A DNA stretch of 38,335 bases from Nemertoderma westbladi (GCA_032718475.1 JAUCBJ010005153.1:1-38335), one strand, 5' to 3'. Positions 1 to 9,605 are shown, counted from the first letter of the stretch. Notes: generated by a model from the letters alone, not told the origin. Made by a program: numbers and translations.

Positions 1-233
1 TATATAATATTACTATTTATTATTACTCACTACTTCGATCCACCATATCTTGTTGGTGCCTGCCGAAAGAAATTGGATAGTGCGTCTTCTATGGCATTTG
101 ATGTAAATAGGGTAGTGTTTTTCATCATGGCTTCTGCAAATTAGATTGATGTTCACATATAAAGACAATGGAATTCTACCGCTGTCTTTACTACAGTGTA
201 CAGGTACGTGGAAATCTATTTGTAAACTCCTTA

Positions 234-402
234 CTATTTACTAACATTAGTTGGAGACTTGTAATCTCCAGACTCGTTACGAGTCTCTTCAAGAAGTACG
301 AGACGTTGGGTTGGTCTGTCTACCGTACGACCGTCAATTGTCCGTACCGTCACGGTTCTTGTCACTCCATCCATAGATGGATGTGTGTCTAAAATAATAC
401 CT
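234..402 (-). pseudogene. BEL/Pao retrotransposon remnant: extreme C-terminus of pol (post-integrase DUF5641-like tail)
   Basis: Minus frame reads GIILDTHPSMDGVTRTVTVRTIDGRTVDRPTQRLVLLE. This parallels GRIMETHISDDGLVRSVELV...RPVGRLCLLE at the end of the BEL pol at 27609-30632. It is cut off upstream by the 68-bp repeat array. Confidence 0.75.
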
Positions 403-413
403 CTGTAAATATA

Positions 414-855
414 CCTCTGTAACCTGCTTCTTTCTCTCAATTGGTAATGTTATCGTTTATTTTTTTGGTTAGAAAATCCCGTCTCTGTAACCTGCTCCTT
501 TCACTGATTTGGTAAAGTGACTGTTTATTGTTTTGGTTAGAAAATCCCGTCTCTGTAACCTGCTCATTTCTCTCAATTGGTAATGTTATCGTTTATTGTT
601 TTGGTTAGAAAATCCCGTCTCTGTAACCTGCTCCTTTCCCTGATTTGGTAAAGTAACTGTTTATTGTTTTGGTTAGAAAATTCCGCCTCTGTAACTCGCT
701 CCTTTCCATCAATTAGTTAAATGATCGTTTATTGTTTTGGTTAGAAAGACCCGCCTTTGTAACCTGCTACATTCCTTCACTTGGTAAAGTGACTGTTTAT
801 TGTTTTGGTTAGAAAATCCGACCTTAACCTGCTCCTTTCTATCAATTGGTAATTG
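414..855. repeat. Tandem repeat, 68-bp monomer x ~6.5, arranged as alternating A/B (136-bp dimer)
   Basis: aacctgct-like anchor at 421, 489, 557, 625, 693, 761, 826. Odd units carry tcaattggtaatgttatcg and even units carry tgatttggtaaagtgactg. Confidence 0.95.
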
Positions 856-1077
856 TTTTAGGCTATAAAATGAGTGTTTTTCTACGTCATGTGGTAATCG
901 ATTATCGACAACAACCACAAACTATTAAATTTAGAGTCTTTTACCACAGGCGCATATGGAAATCTATCTCATAGTCTATAAATCATGGAATCATGGTGTG
1001 TTTTGGCACAGGAATAGTGAAACCAACTGTCCGACAGACCAGAAATCAGCAGTCTGACAGTTTGAAGAAATACATAC

Positions 1078-1190
1078 ATAAAAAGTCATTAAAAGGACAA
1101 CACAAGTCATTAAAGGGACAATAAAAGTCATTATGCACAATTCGTAAAAAAAAGGAGGAAAAAAAAGTCAAATAAAAGGACATAAAAAAT
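1078..1190. repeat. Degenerate ~20-bp A-rich tandem repeat
   Basis: aaaagtcattaaaaggacaa-like unit recurs 4-5 times. Confidence 0.7.
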
Positions 1191-1382
1191 CACTGCCTTA
1201 TTTAATTAATATCACCTGGCAGCAATACTCGAGCTGAATATTTATTTATTTGTACTTCCCTCTTGTTTCACTCTAGCATACATGAGGCCGTTAGGTCCAC
1301 TGTTAGTGGTAGAATATATGCAACTTAAGAGTGCCTGTTCAATAGAAGTGGATTGGGTGGGATAGTGAATGTCAGGGGCTAG

Positions 1383-1452
1383 TGGCTGAGCTGGTTAGCG
1401 CTACTGATGAGGCCTGTTAGGCCGAAACGTACGTATAGCGCTGGTTCAACCC
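1383..1452 (+). promoter_or_regulatory. Putative internal RNA polymerase III type 2 promoter (A box + B box)
   Basis: TGGCTGAGCTGG resembles the tRNA A box (TRGCNNAGYGG), with D-stem-like GCTG/TAGC pairing. GGTTCAACCC fits GTTCRANNC and lies in a T-arm-like CTGG-loop-CCAG hairpin. Box starts are 60 bp apart. Confidence 0.55.
1396..1443 (+). ncRNA. Type I hammerhead ribozyme (minimal stem III with palindromic loop)
   Basis: Stem I TAGCGCTA(1396-1403)/TAGCGCTG(1436-1443); core CTGATGA 1404-1410; stem II GGCCT-gtt-AGGCC 1411-1423; GAAA 1424-1427; stem III AC-gtac-GT; cleavage triplet GTA 1433-1435. Confidence 0.92.
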
Positions 1453-1461
1453 CCAGTGACA

Positions 1462-1632
1462 CCCATGACTTTCGTGAGACGCATCTTAAAGGACACTGGC
1501 CTTGAAGATGCGGATGATCTAGCCAATGTCATGGGTGATAGGGAGATGTGGCGGTGCAATTTTGTCGATAAGCCGGCACAGCATTCTTAAAAATGCAGCT
1601 GCAATGCAGCATGCCGATCCTAGTAGTAGTAG
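1462..1632 (+). mobile_element. 3'-terminal 171 nt of the RTE-type LINE at 4408-6483
   Basis: Direct alignment at constant offset 4850, 165/171 identical, same (TAG)n tail. Confidence 0.97.
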
Positions 1633-2474
1633 ACGCTCCTTCTCATTTTTTCCACTTCTGAACAAACCATAATATTACATCCATGTAGTAAGGCCGACCA
1701 GCTGATTGGTTTGGTTTTACACAGTCCATCAAACACTTACTTATATGTAACGATATTTAAGAATTTAAACCAATATTTTATTTTATTTTCATGATTCCGT
1801 TTTTTAGACTTGTATACAATAATTTATTCATTGACTTTTAATTGGATAAGAGAGGCGCTTATTATTCAAGACTGGGGCCCATATATAGGAATAGAAACAT
1901 TATTGGCACCAGTATCATATTTTAATACACTCTCTAGTAAGATTAACTATATATTCTTATAATACTTCACATGTTAGTTTACCCGAGTAACATACTATAA
2001 TTACACTGACAGTCATATTTAAAAGAGTATTAAACTGTATCATATGAAAGGCTTATTAATTTATTTTATGGTTAGGTTAGGTTAGCAGTTTGGCACAATA
2101 AATAATTGCCCTTGTATACAGGTGATGTACTACAGTAAGTAGCCTGGTTACTAAATAAACATTCCGAGTAGTAGTCCTAAAATGTGGTTTTAGTTTTTTA
2201 ATTGTAAACTCCACTATAATAAGTCAGAATGTAGCACTTTATATTCTAGAAATTAATTACAACATATAATGTAAGTCGCAACAATTAGCAAAATTTACAA
2301 TAGGATTTAAGTAACTAATCAGTAAATATTTAATCGTTAAATTGTCTACATTATTTATCCAACGTTTTTATTGAAAATCAAGATATTTTATAAGACATCT
2401 AATAGATAAGTCATCTAATAGTTCCCGCTATAACTGTAATTTTTCTATCTACTCCATCAGTAATTGACCTAAAA

Positions 2475-3527
2475 ATGGTACATCAAGGTATCTATAGTGA
2501 CACAGGAATTCCAATAGATGAAATTCTTTCAGGGCCTCTGGAAGGTGTGTATGAGGTCATACCGGATAAAGTAATCCCAACATCTCCTTCAGAAGTTAGT
2601 AGAGATCAGTATAAAGCAGTTACTGTGCCTGGGAGGGGAATGTCATCAGTTAGAAGGTGGTGGGTTGGGGTTATTGTTGGTGTGGTCATTGTGGTGTTAG
2701 TTGTTGCAGCAATAGCAACATTGTTTGTAATAATTTCTACCAACAAAGAAGAAATAAAACTGATTAAAATTCACAATAATGATGTTGTGGAACGAATTGG
2801 AAATTTGTATGAAAGTTTCAGAAAATTGGATGAAAGTGTTGGGGGTCTAACAGAAATAAATATCCGTTTAGAGAAAACGTTGTTGCAACTTCACCCAGTA
2901 TTAGTTTGTTTAAATACTCCAGTAGATGTAACCGCGTTTGTCAGCGATATTAATGGACTAAATGGGCTCATTCGTTGCGACAACACAGTACCAGGTGGGC
3001 CTTGGGTAGTCATACAGAGGCGGGTAGATGGATCAGAAGATTTCTATCTAAATTGGAAACAATATGAAAGTGGTTTTGGAGATGTTGAGAGGGAGTTCTT
3101 TCTAGGTTTAGAAAATATATACAAATTGAGCAAAGATGGAGTTCAACTGCGGGTCGATTTGTGGTACATAGATGAACACAAGTACGCTGAGTACAACAAT
3201 TTTTACATTGGAGATTCCCTGGATAATTACTCGCTACATATATCTGGGTACAGTGGCACTGCTGGTGACTCAATACTTTGGGGGAATCCTGGTGGGATCG
3301 CTTACCTCAATGGTTCCCCTTTTTCTACTCAAGATAATGATAATGACCTTGCTTCTGGAAACTGCGCCACTGCCCATGAAGGGGCATGGTGGTATCGAAG
3401 CTGCGCCTACTCCAACCTAAACGGAATCTATGGGAGAGCGGATCTGCAGGGACTAGTTTGGTGGACATTCACTGATAATGAGAACCACGTACCCTTTGAT
3501 AAGGTAGAGATGAAGATTAGAATTTAG
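2475..3527 (+). CDS. Intronless type II transmembrane fibrinogen-related domain protein (FReD; FIBCD1/ficolin/tachylectin-5-like architecture)
   Basis: 350 aa: ~60-aa N-terminal tail, hydrophobic TM aa 62-87 after RR, heptad-like neck, then fibrinogen C domain motifs WVVIQRRVDGSEDF, WKQYESGFG, EFFLGLENIY, LRVDL, FSTQDNDND, CATAHEGAWWYRSCAYSNLNG, EMKIR. Confidence 0.9.
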   Translation: MVHQGIYSDTGIPIDEILSGPLEGVYEVIPDKVIPTSPSEVSRDQYKAVTVPGRGMSSVRRWWVGVIVGVVIVVLVVAAIATLFVIISTNKEEIKLIKIHNNDVVERIGNLYESFRKLDESVGGLTEINIRLEKTLLQLHPVLVCLNTPVDVTAFVSDINGLNGLIRCDNTVPGGPWVVIQRRVDGSEDFYLNWKQYESGFGDVEREFFLGLENIYKLSKDGVQLRVDLWYIDEHKYAEYNNFYIGDSLDNYSLHISGYSGTAGDSILWGNPGGIAYLNGSPFSTQDNDNDLASGNCATAHEGAWWYRSCAYSNLNGIYGRADLQGLVWWTFTDNENHVPFDKVEMKIRI

Positions 3528-3671
3528 TGAATCTGTAATCAACATTCGACCAACTTCTACAATCAGTTGACTTTGTTGTTATTAATTATTATTATATATA
3601 AATTGCTCAATATAAGTAGCTTATGGCTTCATTTTTGGTTATTTATATTTGTTTTTATAAGAGAGTGTATT

Positions 3672-3702
3672 TAAACCCTATAAGTACCGGGATATAAAAT
3701 GT
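3672..3702 (+). mobile_element. Left-end-like sequence related to the TTAA element at 16670
   Basis: taaaccctataagtaccgggatataaaatg versus ttaaccctattagtaccgggctataaaatg at 16666. No convincing right end found. Confidence 0.5.
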
Positions 3703-4407
3703 AACAGGGATGGGGTTTTGACTTTTTTAATTTCAGACAGTCATCTGCAATTCAAATATTCATTTTCTATACATTTGGTTCCAGTAGGCCTAAAGTAGTT
3801 TATTCAGCAATCAAATATTAAATTGATTAATAATTATCATTAAAATAATTAAATCAATTAATGATATCGGTAATTTTTATTTTTTTATTGGAATGATTCA
3901 AATTCATACCAATTTCTTATCCGTGTGTTCCTGATTCCGTGTTCTGTGTCCTTTCATCCCTCGTTCCATCACGCATTGATGTAGATAAGCCAAGTATGCC
4001 TACTGCAGTACTGCTTCCAATTATGGGGCCAAATAAATGAAGTAGCTATAACGGCACACAAACAAAACCTGCCTTACCGCCTTATGAAGATATGCTAACA
4101 GTTTAGATACCGGTAAACTGACTACTTTTAAAGCCTAGCTGTATGTGAACATTATTTAGGCTGACTTTGATTAAAATTAAAGTGATAAGTAGTCAAACTC
4201 CAGTGCAAAAGCATTCTACGCCTCAGTATACTATGATAGGTAGGCCTACATCTGGTACCCGGTACCGATTGTAGTGAGTTAAAAACATAAACTGAAAGTT
4301 TATATATTGTTAGTATACCGGTACATAGCAGCCCCCCAAGGGAGGCCAATTTTTAAAAGCGTCTATAGCATTATAATAAACCGATGTAGGTCAGGTCAGG
4401 TATTCTA

Positions 4408-6483
4408 GGTCATTGATCAAGAAAACTTGCCACCTCCATGCAGCATAAAGGAGGTGCCACCTGTAGCTGCATAGACCCTCTTACTAGGGCAAATCTGATC
4501 CTGTAATTAGGACCCCCTTCGTTCTGGGATAAGGACGCCCTTGGTCCTGGATTAAGGACCCATATACTTGGCTGCAGGGATGGTGAGCTACCAATGGCTG
4601 GTCAGGAGTAGAGTGTTCTCATGTCCACTCTGAGAGCACTTCACTGCGACCTGCACCTGGCAGCAAGGGTACAGGGCATGACCCAGCAGATGAGCTGCAA
4701 CAGCCAATGGTGGGTCATGTGCGCCAGAGTAGATATGGGGATGGCAAACCAGGGTGTGGTATTTGCCCCGAGAGCTGACACGGCAAAAAAGTACCCCCAA
4801 ACCCCCACTATGGATTACATTAGCAATGCGGAGGTCCGGCCACTAGAGACCAGTGGAATTACCGGACACAATTGGCCGCACAGGCGTCAGTTAACTCCTG
4901 ACCGGCTGCCTGTCTCACCCCCTACTGGAGAGAGAGCAGCCAACAATTCTTTGAGTCCCTTTCCTGATGACCTTTCTGGCCCAAACCCTGGGTCACCAGG
5001 GAGGCCAGATTGTAATGGGGAGAGGGATTCTGGAGTTGGAGGCTACTCTCATGTTCCACCCCGACTTTTTATAAGTTGGTGCCAGTTCCCAAGAAAGGCA
5101 ACCTAACACTCTATGGTTCTTTTCGGGGAATCTCATTGATCTCGATTGCTGCAAAGCTATACAATAGGATTGTATTAAATCGCATCAGGGATCCCATTGA
5201 GAGACTGCTCCGTGGAAATCAGAATGGGTTCCGTAAAGGTCGTGGGACCATGGAGCCCATTTTGGCACTTAGAAGGATAATTGAAGAATTATCAAAAAAG
5301 AAAGACAGGCATCTGGCTGTTATCTTTGTTGACTTCTTCAAGGCCTTTGAATCAGTCTCTCGCTCACGTATGTTCAGCATACTTTCATTAATGGGATTCC
5401 TGATGAAATTATTGCAGCAACAGATCAGTATACGATGGCTCGACAACATTTGTGTCGACTGTTGACGGTGACACAGAACCATTTGAAGTGTTATGGGGCG
5501 TCCTCCAAGGAGACACACTTGCACCATTCTTGTTCATTATTGTGGTTGACTATGTTCTACGCATGTCCTTAGATCATCATAATGATGATGGGGTGATGAT
5601 AACACCAACTACTGGCTCCAGAAGTCGAGGAAATCCTGCCAAGTACCTAACTGATCTAGACTTTGCTGATGACTTAGGAGTACTCTCAGAATCATTAGAG
5701 GGAGCCCAACGGCTCCTCAGCTCATTAGAACATGCTGCTTCTAGTGTTTGTCTTTTTATTAACTCCAGAAAGACCAAAATTTTGACAGTTAACTTTGAAA
5801 GTCCTCAGCAAGTCTCTGATCGGATGAGCATAAGCTCAAAGGATGGTATGCTTGAGCATGTGGACGACTTCTGTTACCTGGGATCATGGATCCGGAAGTC
5901 AGGTAAGGACCTTCGAATACGTAAGGGAAAGGCATGGGCAGCCTTGAATAGGCTTTCCAGGATTTGGAAGTCACCGAGAATTAATCGGAAACTTAAGGTC
6001 CGATTATTTAGAGCAGCAGTAGTTCCAGTACTCCTCTACGGGAGTCCATGCTGGGTTCTAACTGCTGAGGACACCAAATCTCTGGATGGCACATTCACAA
6101 GAATGCTACGCCAGGTTCATTGTGTTAAGTACAATGCACACATCTCCAACCAGACACTATATAACATTGGACGTGTCTCATTGGTTCCCCCAAGCTTGAC
6201 ACTAGAACAAAATCGCCTCCGCTTTGCAGGACATTGCTTTCGCCGTGAGGACCAGCCAGTGCATAATCTTGTACTTTGGCAGCCTCATGGAGGAATAAGC
6301 ATGGTGGACAGCCCATGACTTTCTTGAGACGCATCTTAAAGGACACTGGTCTTGAAGATGCGGATGATCTAGCAAATGTCATGGGTGATAGGGAGTTGTG
6401 GCGGTGCAATTTTGTTGACAAGCCGGCACAGCATTCTTAAAAATGCAGCTGCAATGCAGCATGCCGATCCTAGTAGTAGTAGT
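4408..6483 (+). mobile_element. RTE-type non-LTR retrotransposon; frameshifted, apparently lacking the AP-endonuclease domain
   Basis: RT motifs VPKKG, QNGFRKGRGT, FVDFFKAF, GVLQGDTLAP, DLDFADD, YLGSW, RLRFAGHC across 5076-5465/5452-6318; (TAG)n tail 6471-6482. The GC-richer, structured 4.4-5.06 kb segment is inferred to be its 5' region and runs directly into RT. Confidence 0.85.
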
Positions 6484-7379
6484 ACTATTTTTGTGTTTCC
6501 AATAGATACTTGAAGCATTCAGCTATCCACTCATAACTAAATTTTTACTCTCGACCCACGTCTGGTATTTCTGGATCTCGTTGACATCTTCAGCAGCTAC
6601 CATAAGTCTGTCCCCACCTTCGTGTTCTGCCCCCCCCCCCCCCCCCCCCCCGTCCCCTCTGGGTCTGCAGTTGCGCGTCCCCTCACCCCCACTGGGTCAG
6701 CGGTGCCCCACTGTGTGCCCCCTCAGGTCCCTCTGGAAAATGTGTTTGATTTGGGGGCAAATTTATTTATTTTGGCGAAAATGTATTCTTTTGTTTTGCG
6801 AAAATTTGTAATTATTTCGGGGGTTTTGTCATTTATTTTGGGCTAATAATTGGTTTTGGGGAGCATTTATTTATTTTGGTATTGAAAAATTGTTTTTGGT
6901 GTTGAACAATTTGTTTTGGTGTTTGAATACTTTTATTTGGGGTGACTTTATTTTATTTGGTGTTGAATAATTTTTTTTGGGGTCATATTATTTAATTTGG
7001 TGTAAAATAATTTTTTTTGGTGAAATTTTCATCAATTTTGGGATTACTTTAATTGGTAACTCATTTTGGTACTCATTTTGGTGCATCTCTCACAGTTCGT
7101 CTCTCTCATTCACCCTAAATACTTTAATTATCTCACAAAATTATTTACAGTTTTATGGTAATATTGGTACTATGGTTTTATGGTATTATGGTCCTCCACC
7201 ATTGACTACATACGCTCGTAGAACCAGAATAGGATGGTTCTGTACCGGTACATCTATGAAAACTCTAAACGAAAGAAGAAAGCAGAAAGAAGAAAAGAGA
7301 CACAATCTGAACTAACCACATTCATTCGGAAGTTATTAGGTAGTCATTACATCCGTTCACAAAAACCCATCAGGATCAT

Positions 7380-8609
7380 GGAAGCGGAGAGTTTCGCGGA
7401 GGGAGGATCCGATTTTGGTTCAAAAATTTCAAAAATTCGGGACTATATTTCGAGAGACTCCAGCGATAACGATCTACCGACCTTCCGTTTCAACACAGAT
7501 GACGCGATTATATTGATAGAATATGGAGAATACACCTGCTGTTTACTAACAGAAGTGAACCCATTAACAAACTATTACTCAGACACCGAAGAAGACAGGG
7601 ATATTTTATTGCGTAAAAACATCGCCGACGCCGCTTTAACTGAGAAAATATCTAACTGGGTAGACCAACAAAAGATGGAAGAAAATTACCATGATCGCGA
7701 CCTATCATCTATTGAGGAAAAACGAGCTATACAGATCCAAAATACCACCACTCGCTATATTCCTGATGAAGGTAGATATGAAACAGGGCTGCTGTGGCGC
7801 TCCAAATCGGTGAAGTTAATGAATAACCGCGTCCTAGCTGAGAAACGCTTAAGAAAACTTAAAAGACGTTTAAACGGTGATCCCAACACAACGAACAAAT
7901 TTCTAAGACCATCAGCGAAGGATATGCTACAGAGGTGCCACCTAATACTCCCCATACTGATCGCACGTATTATATAACTCACCATTACGTGAAACTGCCT
8001 GATAAACCAGACAGGTTCCGAGTAGTTTTCGACGGATCAGCCCTGTACAAAGGACAATCGTTCAATTCTCAACTAATGGCCGGCCCTAACCTACTGCGTT
8101 CACTTCCAGGAATATTAATTCGTCTACGGCAATTTGATGCCGCCTTCGCCTCTGAAATCGAAGGAATTTTCCTGCAAGTCAAGGTCACGCGGGAGGATCA
8201 GGAAGGTCTGCGTTTCCTCTGGTGGCCCGGAGGAGATACTAGCAAGACACCCAAGGAGTATTGGATGACTATACAAGCCTTCGAGCTAATATCCAGCCCT
8301 TCGGACGCCTGCCACGTCGTTTCTCGCACAGCAGATGATAATAGACATTTATACGAATCTGAAGTAATTAACAACATCAAACGAAACATTTACATGGACG
8401 ATAATCTACATTCTGTCCCTACTGTAGAAGAAGCCATGTCCGTCGCAAAGGGAACAGTTGATTGTCTAAAGAAAGGTGGCTTCCGCCTAACCAAGTTTAC
8501 CAGCAACTCCTGGGGATTTCTATCCACCATTCCCGAAGCGGAAAGGGGTAGCAACGATTTAGACCTCAGTACAGATGATTTACCAGCAACTAAAACCCTC
8601 GGCCTAAAA
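7380..8609 (+). pseudogene. BEL/Pao retrotransposon pol fragment (RT), frameshifted and truncated
   Basis: GRYETGLLW, NNRVLAEKRL, HHYV, FRVVFDGSA, GPNLL, LRFLWWPGG, YMDD, GGFRLTKF, KTLGLK; homologous to the element at 27.6-31.5 kb. Confidence 0.92.
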
Positions 8610-8620
8610 CACAACTGGAC

Positions 8621-8873
8621 GATTCGCTATGCGGGGATTGTTTTCCCGTGAGTTTGGTCTGTATTTGTAGACTGTACATCTACCTCACCAGTTAGAGGCC
8701 GGGCATCCTGTTTGTTATCCTGTTAGTTAGCCTGGGCAATTGATTCGCCCAAGTATTAGAAGAGACATCAGGCTCTGCGTAGTTTTGCACTTAGTATCTG
8801 TTTATTTAGACACCCTGGACTGGGATTTCTTGTCAGATACTGTACGAGCCCGTATACGCTGCTGGATTCTACA
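8621..8873. repeat. Dispersed ~250-bp repeat, copy 1 (possible LTR fragment)
   Basis: Diverged homolog of 35937-36185; both start gattcgcta, share gagtttggtctgt, cctcaccagttag and tgattcgcccaagt, and end at ctggattctaca. Confidence 0.8.
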
Positions 8874-9536
8874 GTAAGGTATTTTCGTTACTAGGATCCG
8901 GTAGGCGGTATACTACTGGACTTATCAGTAGGAGATACTCTTATAAATATTTAGTAGGAGTAGTATTTGTACGTTCTGATAAGTGCGTATGCACTTATCA
9001 GTAGGAGAATACTTTCTAATTCTAGTATTAGTAGAGTTGTAGAGTAATTTTTATTTTATTTGGCCAGCTATAAATAGTTAGTTAGTTTGTAATTATTTTG
9101 TCTCAGGCCGTGTGTGTTAGGGTGGATCGAATTTTGCAAATGTTGGAAATCAAAGAATGGCTAGTGCTAAAAAGAGGCACATGGGCTTTAGAAATATGCA
9201 TGCAAAATATTTTTTAATTTGATTAAGTCCTTGCTCCCCCACAAAGCCTCTGAAGTTTGAAAAGTAAAATTAATTATTAATTGTTGATATTTATTACACT
9301 TTTACTGTTTTTACTGTTTTTTTTTACACTTACATTGTTACTATACACCATGCCTCCTAATAAAATGCCTCCTAATAATATATATTAAGAGTTGATAGGA
9401 AGTTATTGTTTTTCAGTGGTTAAACTATTTATTGAGTGTTATCATCTCAAATATTATTTTACATTCTACTACAAAAAGTGGGCCTGGCAGAAAATTTTAA
9501 AACACCACCACATTATAATATTACAAGAAATCTGAT

Positions 9537-9605
9537 ATGAGTTGGGGGATAACTGATAGAAGCTGGGGACAACTGATAGGAACTGGGGACAATTGATGAG
9601 CTGAT
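9537..9605. repeat. Short ~20-bp tandem repeat x3
   Basis: agctggggacaactgat-like units. Confidence 0.7.

Larger units (their letters stand above)
1371..1632 (+). mobile_element. Candidate SINE-like chimera: tRNA-like Pol III head containing a hammerhead ribozyme, plus RTE-LINE 3' tail ending in (TAG)4
   Basis: A-box-like TGGCTGAGCTGG 1383-1394; hammerhead 1396-1443; B-box-like GGTTCAACCC 1443-1452; 1462-1632 matches LINE 3' end 6312-6482 with 6 mismatches in 171 nt. No TSD found. Confidence 0.6.

Noticed and set aside
1376-1463. Functional tRNA-Ile(GAT) with intron (CT-GAT-GA looks like an anticodon loop)
   Set aside because: No acceptor stem, D and anticodon stems overlap, no variable loop; only promoter-like remnants are supportable.
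3982-4105. Short frame ending ...KPALPPYEDMLTV (PPxY-like)
   Set aside because: Contains an in-frame stop and has no supporting exons.
6581-7315. Pro-rich and Phe/Ile-rich ORFs
   Set aside because: They arise from poly-C and T-rich low-complexity DNA.
9103-9486. hAT-like MITE bounded by CAGGCC...GGCCTG
   Set aside because: Only 6-bp inverted match and no 8-bp TSD.
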